Source: Methanobacterium sp.
GTDB lineage: Archaea > Methanobacteriota > Methanobacteria > Methanobacteriales > Methanobacteriaceae
NCBI RefSeq assembly: GCF_016222945.1
Contig: NZ_JACRPY010000003.1
Strand: one strand, 5' to 3'
DNA length: 64,000 bases
The notes below the pieces were generated by a model, which worked only from the letters and a program-made list of their open reading frames with translations, made no database searches and was not told the origin of the DNA. A program made the position numbers and the translations under genes. Below are positions 1 through 11,308 of this stretch, one piece after another (the first letter of the stretch is position 1; the number at the start of each line of letters is the position of its first letter).

Positions 1-599
1 CTTTTAAAAGAGTTCAAATAGATAACAATATACTAAGTTTTGAACCCCCAGCACCAAGTATAAGAGAATTAAGACTTTTATCTGATAAGGTTCGTGACCT
101 TCAAATCAGTGGTGTAAAGAACATAGGAAAGGTAGTTATAAGTAAGGAAGGCCTTGAATGGGTTATACATACTGAAGGTTCAAATCTTGGGTCCGTTTTA
201 AAAATGGAAGGTATTGATAAAGTTAGAACCACTACAAACGACATTCACGAAATAGAGAAAGTTCTGGGAATAGAAGCAGCCAGAAACGCAGTAATAAGAG
301 AAGCACAGAGTACAATGGAAGAACAAGGACTTACAGTGGATGTAAGGCATATAATGCTCGTTGCAGATATGATGACTGCAGATGGTTCTGTAAAATCCAT
401 AGGAAGACACGGTATAAGCGGTGAGAAAGCAAGTGTACTGGCAAGAGCTTCTTTTGAAGAAACTGGAAAACACCTCTTAAGAGCCAGCATAAGAGGAGAA
501 ATAGATCATCTCACTGGAATAATTGAAAATATTATAATTGGACAGCCAATACCACTTGGAACAGGTTCTGTTGGCGTCATTATGAAAGAAAGAAAATAA
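1..599 (+). CDS. rpoA2: DNA-directed RNA polymerase subunit A'' (C-terminal part; 5' end outside window)
   Basis: Frame 3 is open from base 3 and continues into the tracked ORF 204..599 (..IHEIEKVLGIEAARNAVIREA..GRHGISGEKASVLARASFEET..). This is typical of the archaeal RpoA'' C-terminus, and the position upstream of L30e-NusA-S12 matches conserved synteny. Confidence 0.85.
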   Translation, partial: FKRVQIDNNILSFEPPAPSIRELRLLSDKVRDLQISGVKNIGKVVISKEGLEWVIHTEGSNLGSVLKMEGIDKVRTTTNDIHEIEKVLGIEAARNAVIREAQSTMEEQGLTVDVRHIMLVADMMTADGSVKSIGRHGISGEKASVLARASFEETGKHLLRASIRGEIDHLTGIIENIIIGQPIPLGTGSVGVIMKERK

Positions 600-649
600 T
601 AGGTGAGACTTATCCAAACTTACCACAACGATACAATAGGAGGCAGCAC

Positions 650-946
650 ATGGACATAGATAGAGGAATTAGGGTTGCTGTAGACACAGGAACCGTCACA
701 TTAGGATCGGACAAGTCTGTTCAGGCTTTAAAGTTAGGTAAAGGAAAACTGGTGATCATTGCAGATAATTGCCCTGAAGAAGTAAGGGAAGATGTAATGT
801 ACTACTCAAAATTATCAGACATTCCTGTTTACACATATGAAGGAACAAGTGTAGAGCTTGGATCTGTATGCGGTAAACCATTTACAGTAGCTACACTTAT
901 AATAAAGGATCAAGGAGATTCTACAATATTAGAAGCTATGGGGTAA
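650..946 (+). CDS. rpl30e: 50S ribosomal protein L30e
   Basis: 98 aa, L30e-like sequence (GKLVIIADNCPEE..). SD-like AGGAGG lies upstream. Conserved position between rpoA'' and nusA. Confidence 0.9.
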   Translation: MDIDRGIRVAVDTGTVTLGSDKSVQALKLGKGKLVIIADNCPEEVREDVMYYSKLSDIPVYTYEGTSVELGSVCGKPFTVATLIIKDQGDSTILEAMG

Positions 947-951
947 TTTCT

Positions 952-1383
952 GTGACTATAAAATTTTCAACAAACGAAATAAGATATATAGCTTTATTTG
1001 AGAGCATGACTGGCGCAATGGTCAAAGACTGTATTGTTGATGACGAAGTCGGTAAACTAACATTCCTTGTAAAAAAAGGAGATATGGGACTTGCAATTGG
1101 AAAAAGAGGAAGTACAGTTACTAAAGTCCAAAAAACAGTTGATAAAGGTGTGGAAGTCATAGAACACTCAGAAGACCCTGTAGAATTTATAAGTAATTTA
1201 ATGGCCCCTGCTAAAATTAGAAGTATCAGAATACTTCAAAAAGAAAATGGGGAAAAAATCGCTACAATAGAGACAGATCCTAGAAATAAAAGGACTGCTA
1301 TTGGAAAAGGCGGTAAAAACATAGAAAGAGCTAGACTTTTAGCAAAAAGACAGCACAATATAAATAACATTGTGATAAAATAA
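952..1383 (+). CDS. nusA: Archaeal NusA-like transcription termination/antitermination factor (two KH domains)
   Basis: 143 aa with two KH GxxG motifs (IGKRGSTV, IGKGGKNI), GTG start, conserved synteny. Confidence 0.85.
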   Translation: MTIKFSTNEIRYIALFESMTGAMVKDCIVDDEVGKLTFLVKKGDMGLAIGKRGSTVTKVQKTVDKGVEVIEHSEDPVEFISNLMAPAKIRSIRILQKENGEKIATIETDPRNKRTAIGKGGKNIERARLLAKRQHNINNIVIK

Positions 1384-1468
1384 TTCAGATAATAAATTTT
1401 AGATTATGATCAAATTAATTCGTTATTTTGATAACAATAATTAAGGATGTATTAAGGAGAAATCACGA

Positions 1469-1894
1469 TTGCCAGGACTTTTTGCAGCAAAGAAACTTAA
1501 AAAGAATAGACAGAACTTCAGATGGAAGGATACAGAATATAAAAGGAAAGCATTAAGGTTAGATGTTAAAGCGGACCCATTGGAAGGCGCACCTCAAGCA
1601 AGAGGAATTGTAATTGAAAAAGTGGGAATTGAAGCAAAACAACCTAACTCTGCTATAAGAAAATGCGTTAGAGTTCAACTCATAAAAAACGGGAAGCAAT
1701 TAACAGCATTTGCTCCTGGAGATGGTGCTATCGGATTTATTGATGAGCACGATGAAGTAATGATTGAAGGTATTGGAGGACCATCCGGAAGATCTATGGG
1801 AGATATCCCTGGAGTAAGATGGAAAGTTACCAAAGTAAATAACGTGTCCTTAGAAGAAATGGTTAAAGGTAAAATAGAAAAGCCAGTTAGATAA
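1469..1894 (+). CDS. rps12: 30S ribosomal protein S12
   Basis: 141 aa, the [13 protein letters not shown] motif is typical of S12. TTG start preceded by AAGGAG. Confidence 0.93.
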   Translation: MPGLFAAKKLKKNRQNFRWKDTEYKRKALRLDVKADPLEGAPQARGIVIEKVGIEAKQPNSAIRKCVRVQLIKNGKQLTAFAPGDGAIGFIDEHDEVMIEGIGGPSGRSMGDIPGVRWKVTKVNNVSLEEMVKGKIEKPVR

Positions 1895-1959
1895 ACTAAC
1901 TGAACTCTTTATAATAACAACTAGTAAAAAAAAATTAGGAAAACCAGTGAGGTAATTTG

Positions 1960-2520
1960 ATGAGTAAGGTTTTTGATAAATGGGATTTAGAAGAGGTGAA
2001 AGTAGAGGACTTGGGTCTTGTAAATTATATTTGCTTAGACGAAATATTAGTTCCACACACCTTAGGAAGACATGTCAAGAGACAGTTCGCCAAATCAAGA
2101 GTTTCAATAGTGGAAAGACTGATGAATAAAATCATGAGGACACATATAAACTCCGGTAAGAAAAATAAAGCTTATAACATCGTAAAAGACTCTCTTGAAG
2201 TCATAAATAAGAGATCAAAAGAAAACCCTGTCCAAATATTGGTTAAAGCAGTTGAAAATGCTTCACCAAGGGAAGAAATTACAAGGGTAAAATACGGTGG
2301 TATAGGATACCAGGTTGCAGTAGATATTGCTCCTCAAAGAAGAGTAGATTTAGCACTCGGATTTATAACAAGAGGCGCCATACAGTCCTCATTTAAAAGG
2401 AAACGATCTGCAGCAGAATGTTTAGCTGATGAATTGTTACTTGCAGCCGAATATGACACAAGAAGTTTTGCAATTGGAAAGAAAGACGAAAAAGAAAGAA
2501 TTGCAAGATCTGCACACTAA
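1960..2520 (+). CDS. rps7: 30S ribosomal protein S7
   Basis: S7-like sequence. The ATG at 1960 is preferred over the adjacent TTG at 1957 given by the ORF track. Confidence 0.92.
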   Translation: MSKVFDKWDLEEVKVEDLGLVNYICLDEILVPHTLGRHVKRQFAKSRVSIVERLMNKIMRTHINSGKKNKAYNIVKDSLEVINKRSKENPVQILVKAVENASPREEITRVKYGGIGYQVAVDIAPQRRVDLALGFITRGAIQSSFKRKRSAAECLADELLLAAEYDTRSFAIGKKDEKERIARSAH

Positions 2521-2644
2521 ATTTAAATTCAATTAAGCAGATAAGGCATATCAACCATTAATTATGCAAATTACATATAGATTAACCATCTAAATGCCTT
2601 TAAATATCTGCTTTTAACTATTTTATAATTACCAGGTGATTATA

Positions 2645-4837
2645 GTGAGTAGACGGACTAAAATGATTGATAAGATTAAAGAATTGATGTACCAACCTGA
2701 AAACATAAGAAATATAGGGATCGTAGCCCACATCGATCACGGGAAAACTACACTCTCAGATAATTTACTTGCCGGTGCAGGAATGATATCGGCTGAGCTT
2801 GCAGGAGATCAAAGATTCCTTGATTTTGACGAGCAAGAACAAGCAAGGGGAATTACCATTGACGCTGCAAACGTGTCCATGGTGCACAAATTCAAAGAAG
2901 ACGAATATCTAATTAACCTCATCGATACACCAGGTCACGTTGACTTTGGTGGAGACGTAACACGTGCAATGAGGGCAGTAGACGGCGCAGTAGTTGTAAT
3001 CTGTGCTGTTGAAGGAATCATGCCCCAAACAGAAACTGTACTAAGACAAGCTCTAAAAGAGAACGTAAAACCAGTATTGTTCATTAACAAGGTTGATCGT
3101 CTGATAAATGAGTTAAAATTAGATGATGCTGAACTACAACAGAGATTTATAAAAATCATCGCTTCTGCAAACAAAATTATAAGATCAATGGCTCCAGAAG
3201 AACTTAAAGCTGACTGGCTAGCCAAGGTAGAAGATGGAAGTGTTGCATTCGGTTCTGCATACCACAATTGGGCTATAAACGTTCCAATTATGCAGCAAAC
3301 AGGTATAACCTTCAAAAATATTTATGAATACTGTAAAGAGGAAAATCAGAAAGAATTAGCTCAAAAAGCACCAATTACTGAAGTTTTACTTGATATGGTT
3401 ATAGAACACTTACCAAGCCCTGACGTGTCACAAAGATACAGAGTTCCAGCAATCTGGAATGGAGATATCGAAAGTGAAGAAGGGCAAGGTATGGTCAATA
3501 CAAGTCCAGATTCACCGCTAGCGGTAATGGTTACAAACATCAGTATAGATAAACACGCTGGTGAAATTGCAACTGGTCGTGTATACGGTGGAACAATAGA
3601 AAAAGGTACTGAAATCTACTTCGTAGGTTCACATGGTAAAGCCAGGACCCAGCAGGTTGGAGTATACTTCGGTCCAGAAAGGATCAACACAGATAAGGTT
3701 CCAGCAGGAAACATTGTAGCAATAACCGGTGCAAGAAACGCTGTTGCAGGGGAAACAATTTCCGAACCTGGAAGAAAAATCAAAGCTTTCGAAGGATTGG
3801 AACACATATCCGAGCCAGTAGTTACAGTTGCTGTTGAAGCTAAAAACACTAAAGATCTTCCAAAACTTATAGAAGTTTTAAGACAGGTCGGAAAAGAAGA
3901 CCCAACAGTACGAATTGAAATTAACGAAGAAACTGGTGAGCACCTCATAGCAGGTATGGGTGAACTTCACTTAGAAATTATCACTTACAGAATTGATGAA
4001 AAAGGTGTGGAAATAGAGACATCACCACCTATTGTTGTTTACAGAGAAACCATTGCCGGTACAGCTGGACCAGTGGAAGGTAAATCACCTAATAAGCACA
4101 ACAGATTCTACATTGAAATTGAACCATTAAACGATGAAATGTTCCATGCGCTACAAGATAAAAAGATTAAAGAAGGTAAAGTAAAAGGAAAAGAAGATAT
4201 AGCAACATTCATGGAATACGGTCTTCCTAAAGAAGAAGCAAGAAAAGTTTGGGATGTATACGGGCGAAGTTTATTCATAAACATGACCCGTGGTATACAG
4301 TACCTGGATGAAATTAAAGAACTTCTACTTGAAGGTTTCGAAAGTGCATTAGATGATGGTCCAATCGCAAGAGAAAAGGTCATGGGTATAAAAATAAAGC
4401 TCATGGATGCAAAGATTCACGAAGATGCCGTGCACAGAGGACCAGCACAAGTTCTACCTGCAATAAGAAAAGCAGTATACGGATCCATCATGATGGCAAA
4501 CCCAACACTACTTGAACCTAAACAAAAAGTATTCATCAACACACCCCAAGACTACATGGGTTCAGCAACAAGAGAAGTACAAAACAGAAGAGGCCAAATT
4601 GTGGACATGCAACAAGAAGGGGACATGATGACCCTTGAATCAAAAGTACCTGTTGCAGAAATGTTCGGATTTGCAGGAGACATAAGATCTGCTACAGAAG
4701 GCAGATGTTTATGGTCAACAGAAAACGCAGGATTCGAAAGATTACCTACAGAACTTCAAAAACAAATTGTAAGGCAGATAAGAGATAGAAAAGGACTAAG
4801 TCCAGAACCATACGGACCAGACCATTACATTGGATAA
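2645..4837 (+). CDS. fusA: Translation elongation factor 2 (aEF-2)
   Basis: GTPase motifs [13 protein letters not shown] and NKVD, and a C-terminal HRG region that would contain the diphthamide histidine. Start set at GTG 2645 (VSRRTKMI..), 6 nt after AGGTGA. The track start at 2636 lies inside that SD. Confidence 0.95.
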   Translation: MSRRTKMIDKIKELMYQPENIRNIGIVAHIDHGKTTLSDNLLAGAGMISAELAGDQRFLDFDEQEQARGITIDAANVSMVHKFKEDEYLINLIDTPGHVDFGGDVTRAMRAVDGAVVVICAVEGIMPQTETVLRQALKENVKPVLFINKVDRLINELKLDDAELQQRFIKIIASANKIIRSMAPEELKADWLAKVEDGSVAFGSAYHNWAINVPIMQQTGITFKNIYEYCKEENQKELAQKAPITEVLLDMVIEHLPSPDVSQRYRVPAIWNGDIESEEGQGMVNTSPDSPLAVMVTNISIDKHAGEIATGRVYGGTIEKGTEIYFVGSHGKARTQQVGVYFGPERINTDKVPAGNIVAITGARNAVAGETISEPGRKIKAFEGLEHISEPVVTVAVEAKNTKDLPKLIEVLRQVGKEDPTVRIEINEETGEHLIAGMGELHLEIITYRIDEKGVEIETSPPIVVYRETIAGTAGPVEGKSPNKHNRFYIEIEPLNDEMFHALQDKKIKEGKVKGKEDIATFMEYGLPKEEARKVWDVYGRSLFINMTRGIQYLDEIKELLLEGFESALDDGPIAREKVMGIKIKLMDAKIHEDAVHRGPAQVLPAIRKAVYGSIMMANPTLLEPKQKVFINTPQDYMGSATREVQNRRGQIVDMQQEGDMMTLESKVPVAEMFGFAGDIRSATEGRCLWSTENAGFERLPTELQKQIVRQIRDRKGLSPEPYGPDHYIG

Positions 4838-4999
4838 AATAAATCCATATTCTCCTTTTTGGTTTTCAAAAAAAAATATTTTTTTTGCATGCCACAGGAG
4901 GATAATTGAAATCCAAACCATAAATTTTAATAAGTACTATCTCAAAATAATGATATTCTCAAACTAATCGAATACATGATTTAAATGGAGGTTAATTAA

Positions 5000-6241
<1,242 letters not shown>

Positions 6242-6246
6242 AAGTA

Positions 6247-6278
6247 TAGGAATATTCCTACTCTTCCTTTTTATTTTT
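6247..6278 (+). terminator. Palindrome TAGGAATATTCCTA followed by a T-rich run between tuf and rps10 (possible terminator/attenuator)
   Basis: Perfect 14-nt palindrome at 6247..6260, then CTCTTCCTTTTTATTTTT. Function is inferred only. Confidence 0.3.
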
Positions 6279-6293
6279 ATGGAGGAATATTAA

Positions 6294-6602
6294 ATGCATA
6301 AAGCAAGAATCAAACTTACAGGAACAGACCCAGAAAAACTCCAATTCGTATGCGACCAACTACAAAAAATCGCTGAAAGAACAGGAGTAGATCTTTCAGG
6401 ACCAATCCCACTACCCACCAAAAAATTAGTAGTGCCAACCAGAAAATCTCCAGACGGAGAAGGAAAAGCTACATGGGAAAAATGGGAAATGAGAATACAC
6501 AAAAGACTTGTAGGAATCGAAGCCGATGAAAGGGCAATGAGACAAGTCATGAAAGTAAACGTTCCTGATAATGTAAGCATAGAAATAGAATTAAGAAGCT
6601 AG
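6294..6602 (+). CDS. rps10: 30S ribosomal protein S10
   Basis: 102 aa, S10-like sequence, SD GGAGGA upstream, conserved position after tuf. Confidence 0.93.
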   Translation: MHKARIKLTGTDPEKLQFVCDQLQKIAERTGVDLSGPIPLPTKKLVVPTRKSPDGEGKATWEKWEMRIHKRLVGIEADERAMRQVMKVNVPDNVSIEIELRS

Positions 6603-6735
6603 TTCCTTTTTTATAGCTTAAATTCATTTTGATTAGCTTAAATTAAGTTTTAAGCTTAAAACACTCTTTTTTGCCGGGATAGCCGGCCCAACCTTTTTAG
6701 AAAAAAGGTTGATCAAAAAGTAAAAATCCACATAT

Positions 6736-6820
<85 letters not shown>

Positions 6821-6990
6821 TTTAAAAATCTACGATTTTTTTTGACGCCTCCCAAACTGAAAGTTTTGTAGAACACTCATAAAACTTTCAATTTTATAGT
6901 TTCTCGAAACCTTGTTCCAATAACATTTAATAAATTTTTGATTTTGAATGAAACTCTCGAAATCTTCGATTTCGAAGCACGGATCGAAGA
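6821..6990. repeat. Array of short AT-rich stem-loops (hairpin-array repeat family, copy 1)
   Basis: AAAAATC-tac-GATTTTT at 6824-6840 and TCGAAATC-ttc-GATTTCGA at about 6957-6975, plus further 5-7 bp hairpins. Related arrays occur at 52975-53073 and 61150-61300. Confidence 0.4.
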
Positions 6991-7187
6991 TATTTATGCT
7001 TTATTTCCTGAAAGCAAAATTCATGATTTCATAAATCAAAATTATAAATTTTGATAGTGTTGAAATTTTAAATATGTTATAAAAAACTTTTTTTTTGATT
7101 TTATCTCAAGAATTAATCCAATTATTTTATATAAAATTATTTTTATATTAATTGTAATTATAATTTTAAGATAAAAGAGGCATAATA

Positions 7188-7877
7188 ATGAAAAATTATT
7201 TAATATTAATAGTATTTTTTCTAGTTATATCCACTTCAGGTTGTCTAAATTCAGGTTATGGAGAGGACAGTGAAATGAGAGATATTAGTGGATTCAACCA
7301 GATCATTGCAAGTGGAGATGGACCTACTGATATCCATATAAATCAGAGTGATAAAGAATCCCTGGAAGTAGAAGCAGGACCATATGCAACACCAAGTGTA
7401 AAAACAGAAGTAAAAGATGGTAAACTATATCTACATTCTTCACATCCAGTTACATATTATATTACTGTAAAAGATCTAAACTCTATTCAATTAAATGATA
7501 CGGGTCCCGGAGAGTTGAAAGCAGAGAATCTTAAAGTCACAAATTTGAATATTTATACTAATAGTATGAGTATTAATCTAGTCAATTTAAAAGCTGATAA
7601 ACTTGTATTCACTGGAAGTGAATCTATAGATATTTCTGGTGAAGTTAATGAGCAGAATATAAACATAGAACAAAATAATGAATATAATGGAACTAATCTT
7701 ATCAGTAAGATTGCAAATGTTAATGTTGAAAATAATGGAATGGCAACAGTACGTGTTTCAGATGTTTTAAATGCTATTGTTAAACATAATGGGGCCATAT
7801 ATTATATTGGTAAACCTCAATTAAAAAAACAGATAGATCATCCATCTGTTGGTAGAATAGAAGAAATAAAAGGATAG
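7188..7877 (+). CDS. Putative lipoprotein, DUF2807/GIN-domain-like (beta-helical)
   Basis: Signal peptide with lipobox-like ..ISTSGC. The body resembles the head GIN domain pattern (..SGDGPTDIHINQSDKESLEVEA..VKDGKLYL..). Family call is from memory only. Confidence 0.45.
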   Translation: MKNYLILIVFFLVISTSGCLNSGYGEDSEMRDISGFNQIIASGDGPTDIHINQSDKESLEVEAGPYATPSVKTEVKDGKLYLHSSHPVTYYITVKDLNSIQLNDTGPGELKAENLKVTNLNIYTNSMSINLVNLKADKLVFTGSESIDISGEVNEQNINIEQNNEYNGTNLISKIANVNVENNGMATVRVSDVLNAIVKHNGAIYYIGKPQLKKQIDHPSVGRIEEIKG

Positions 7878-7920
7878 AATAATAAGAACATTCCATTTTT
7901 ACGTTTATGACACAATTCTA

Positions 7921-8397
7921 GTGATAAAAATGTCCTTCAATCCACTCTACTCATTTTTAAATACCATAAAAAATATTATTTTTAGAAAAATTCACTTTCC
8001 TAAAAACAAAATTGGTAAAATTTTAATCACAGAAGATGGCCAGGAATTCAGCATATTCCGTGAAGTAAAAATAGATCACACAGATGACCCTAATGATTCT
8101 GCAGTCTTCAAAGTCAAATTCTTACTGGAGAATATGAAAGTACAGGATAATATTCGCTTTTCATGGATACCAGTACCCTTTTTTGTAGGACTTCCCGGAT
8201 TTCAGGCTAAAGTCTGGACCATTAACTATAAAAATGGATTTTTTCAGGGCATATATCAATGGAAAAACTCAGATTATGCTAAAAAATATTCCAAGTCATT
8301 TGCCTATAATTTCATGACCCGCAGATCAACGCCAGGGTCAGTTTCTTTTGAAATCATTACCCATACAAATTTAGAAGATTATTTAAAGACATTATAA
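7921..8397 (+). CDS. Hypothetical protein
   Basis: 158-aa ORF with GTG start at 7921 (alternative ATG at 7930). No recognisable motif. Confidence 0.45.
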   Translation: MIKMSFNPLYSFLNTIKNIIFRKIHFPKNKIGKILITEDGQEFSIFREVKIDHTDDPNDSAVFKVKFLLENMKVQDNIRFSWIPVPFFVGLPGFQAKVWTINYKNGFFQGIYQWKNSDYAKKYSKSFAYNFMTRRSTPGSVSFEIITHTNLEDYLKTL

Positions 8398-8466
8398 ACA
8401 TTTGAAAATTAAAATTTCATTTTAATTTTAACTGATTTTAACTGAACAAGTTCATTTAATGAAATT

Positions 8467-9087
8467 TTACTCCTTAAATAGAACCCGTTTGAGTTCTTTC
8501 AAGTTAAGTGTGATGAATGGCTCTGCATTGGGGTCTGCCAGTATTTCAAACTGCTCCAATTTAGTTTCCAAATAGATCTTATACAATAAACTCTGAAGCT
8601 CAGGGACAGGTGTTTCTATAATCTTCCTTATTTTTAAAAAGTCATCATCAGTCATTCGACTCTTAGCTTTCCTTAATTTTAAAATGCTTTCATCAGTCAG
8701 TTGAGTATTATAATCTTCCATTTGACTTTCAAAAGCCCCTACCGCATTTATATCCATAGACACGTACAAATTAACAACGAATGGGGGAAATCGCTCCAAC
8801 ATATCTAATAATCCTCTGATATCCTCTCCTTTAATTTCTATTTCTAATTCTTCATTCAACAACTTTGCCACATTGGACGCTCTTTCTTTGCTACCTCGAC
8901 CATAAACCATAGAAGCAAGCACTGCACTCGCTAAAATTGCAGAAAATACGTAAAGCTGATTTTGACCTTCCCAAATTGAAGAAATAGGTATTTTAGCAAG
9001 ATAAAAGATAATCCATGTAATTAAAATGCTTCCTAATATGAATGTTAAAACTGATAATATAATTGCAATCGCTTTATTTTTGATCAA
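8467..9087 (-). CDS. Hypothetical membrane-anchored protein
   Basis: 206-aa ORF with two N-terminal hydrophobic helices followed by a charged helical domain. Confidence 0.5.
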   Translation of the reverse strand: MIKNKAIAIILSVLTFILGSILITWIIFYLAKIPISSIWEGQNQLYVFSAILASAVLASMVYGRGSKERASNVAKLLNEELEIEIKGEDIRGLLDMLERFPPFVVNLYVSMDINAVGAFESQMEDYNTQLTDESILKLRKAKSRMTDDDFLKIRKIIETPVPELQSLLYKIYLETKLEQFEILADPNAEPFITLNLKELKRVLFKE

Positions 9088-9409
9088 ATTTATTCACCAA
9101 TTATTTTATCATTTGGCCATGCATTTATAGTTTTGAAACCTATTTTTTTTACACTTCATTTAGTATATTAAATGAAACTGTCAATGCTATACTTGAATTT
9201 CTTAAAAATCTATAAATTTAGAGATTTAAATGAATTCAAATTATTAATTCACCCATAACTAATAATGTTGAATAAGTTCAATTTTGTATTTTATTTTTAT
9301 TTTAAACTAAAAGATCGAATCAAATATACCGAAAAATAATTATAAAACCTCCACTGTAATGTTATTTAATAAAAATAATAGTAGATAAAAATTTAAGGGA
9401 GGAGATAAA

Positions 9410-9811
9410 GTGAAAAAACTTCAAATAGGTCTAATAGTCTTGGTTATTTGTTTTGTTGTGGCGCTATCAGGATGTACTTCAAATAATACTACTTCCAGCA
9501 ATAAATCGTTGAGTTCTAATGTATCCAGTTCAAATGCTTCAGCTTCTAGTGATGTTAACATTGTGGTAAGTTATTCTGGTAGTTGGGCGGTTGATGTAAG
9601 TGGTCCATTCGGATATCGTTCACTCGCAGGTACTGGGGATCAAACAACTGCTATAAATGGTGTAACCGGATCTGTAACTGCTGCTGCCCGTAAAACAGAT
9701 GGAGGTAATGGGGTTCTAACCGTTTCAATAACTAAAGGTGGAAAAACACTTGCTTCACAAAGTACCTCTGCTCCATGGGGAGGGGCTACTGCCGTCGCCA
9801 CAGGTATCTAA
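9410..9811 (+). CDS. Small secreted lipoprotein, Ser/Thr-rich linker
   Basis: GTG start 7 nt after GGGAGGAG. Signal peptide ending in ALSGC, then a Ser-rich linker. Confidence 0.55.
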   Translation: MKKLQIGLIVLVICFVVALSGCTSNNTTSSNKSLSSNVSSSNASASSDVNIVVSYSGSWAVDVSGPFGYRSLAGTGDQTTAINGVTGSVTAAARKTDGGNGVLTVSITKGGKTLASQSTSAPWGGATAVATGI

Positions 9812-9980
9812 TATCCATTATCTCTTTTTTTTATTTTTTTTATGTTTATAAATGGACAACTTCTGATTAAAAGTTTATAACTCCATTTCAAGCCTTCATT
9901 TTTATTTTAATAGAAAAATGCGTAAAAATTGCGCCTTGTAAGTTAAATGTCTTTATAGTTTGGCTTTCTATAGATAGTTC

Positions 9981-11240
9981 TCAACTCATTTCAATCTGAT
10001 CCATCTTCTGAAGGATAAATACTAATACTAGAAGTATTAGTCCATAGATAACTAGCATTCCAGCTACAACCTGGCCTGGAAGAAGACCTCCAGCAAGGGC
10101 GGAAAAACCAAAAACAATTGCTACAATATTCATTAAGGTCTGAGTAATTATTAGTTTTTTTACAATAGGGGGAATATTTACTTTTTTTACTTCAGAATCA
10201 TTGGTTTCATATGTTTGTGGCCGGAATCTTTTGATAAGTAATATAAATCCTCCGATGATACTTAAAAGTCCAATGAGTATTTTTATTATCCCGGTTAAAA
10301 TTCCAGGAACTATACATGAAAAAATTCCCAATGTGGCAAATACTAGTCCAATTATTATCATTAATCTGGAACGTTTATATTGGCCAATAGGGGTTTCTCC
10401 TAAAGCCATTATTTGAATGGCATAGATAAACAAAAGCAGTCCCAACTGACCATCTGGAGAAAAGGGTATTAGACCATTTGCCACTGGAAATAGGAGTATT
10501 CCTAGAAGTATTAGGAGAACTGCTAGTACTAATAGTATTGCAGACCCTAGTGGGAGAGTGGCCTCGTTAAAAAGGCTTAAAAGCCCTTTTGATTTATTTA
10601 ATGTAAGATTTCCTGGTTCTTCTGTAGGATATGCCTTTGAAACATTGTGAATACACCATGAAAGATAGAAAAAACTGATTCCATAAATAATAAGAATCAC
10701 TGCAGTTATTGAATCTGTTGTAATACTTGGAATAAGTGTTATCAGGCCTGAAATTATTGTTATTACATATACAATTCCACATGCAATGGTTAATTGCTGT
10801 AAGATACCTGGAATTTTAATCCAGGTTTTTGCCCTTTTTTTGGAGATAAATAACTGCAAAAGAAGGGTAATCCCCCCAGTAAAAAGGATTATTCCAACCA
10901 GTGTCTTGACAACTCCTGAAAGGTACCCTGGAATGAAACAAGCGACCATTCCAAGAATTGCTGTGCATATCCCAATTATAATAAGTGCCCATGAACGACG
11001 GAGATCTCCAAAGGGAGTTTTACCCATTGTTATAATTTGAAATGAAACAATTACTAGGAAAAGTCCGTATGTGCTGTCGGGAGTATAAGGCAAAGCTCCT
11101 GTATGAATTTCAAAAAGAAGAAAGCCAAATAGAAGCATAAATACTCCGAAAACCATTAAAATAACAACTTCCATAGAAAGATCAGATTCTTCAGTTATTT
11201 TAAAAAATGTTTTTTGTTTTTGCATATTATCTAATGCCAA
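9981..11240 (-). CDS. Polytopic membrane protein with internal tandem duplication (HdeD/DUF308-like)
   Basis: 419 aa, many TM helices. The N- and C-halves are clearly homologous (..LFEIHTGALPYTPDSTYGL..GKTPFGDLRRSWALIIIG.. versus ..LFPVANGLIPFSPDGQLGL..GETPIGQYKRSRLMIIIG..). TTG start after AGGAGGA. Confidence 0.6.
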   Translation of the reverse strand: MALDNMQKQKTFFKITEESDLSMEVVILMVFGVFMLLFGFLLFEIHTGALPYTPDSTYGLFLVIVSFQIITMGKTPFGDLRRSWALIIIGICTAILGMVACFIPGYLSGVVKTLVGIILFTGGITLLLQLFISKKRAKTWIKIPGILQQLTIACGIVYVITIISGLITLIPSITTDSITAVILIIYGISFFYLSWCIHNVSKAYPTEEPGNLTLNKSKGLLSLFNEATLPLGSAILLVLAVLLILLGILLFPVANGLIPFSPDGQLGLLLFIYAIQIMALGETPIGQYKRSRLMIIIGLVFATLGIFSCIVPGILTGIIKILIGLLSIIGGFILLIKRFRPQTYETNDSEVKKVNIPPIVKKLIITQTLMNIVAIVFGFSALAGGLLPGQVVAGMLVIYGLILLVLVFILQKMDQIEMS

Positions 11241-11308
11241 TTGATAATCCTCCTTATTATGCCTATGGATATAACAATTTAATCCTATAGATATCTATAT
11301 TCAATGCT

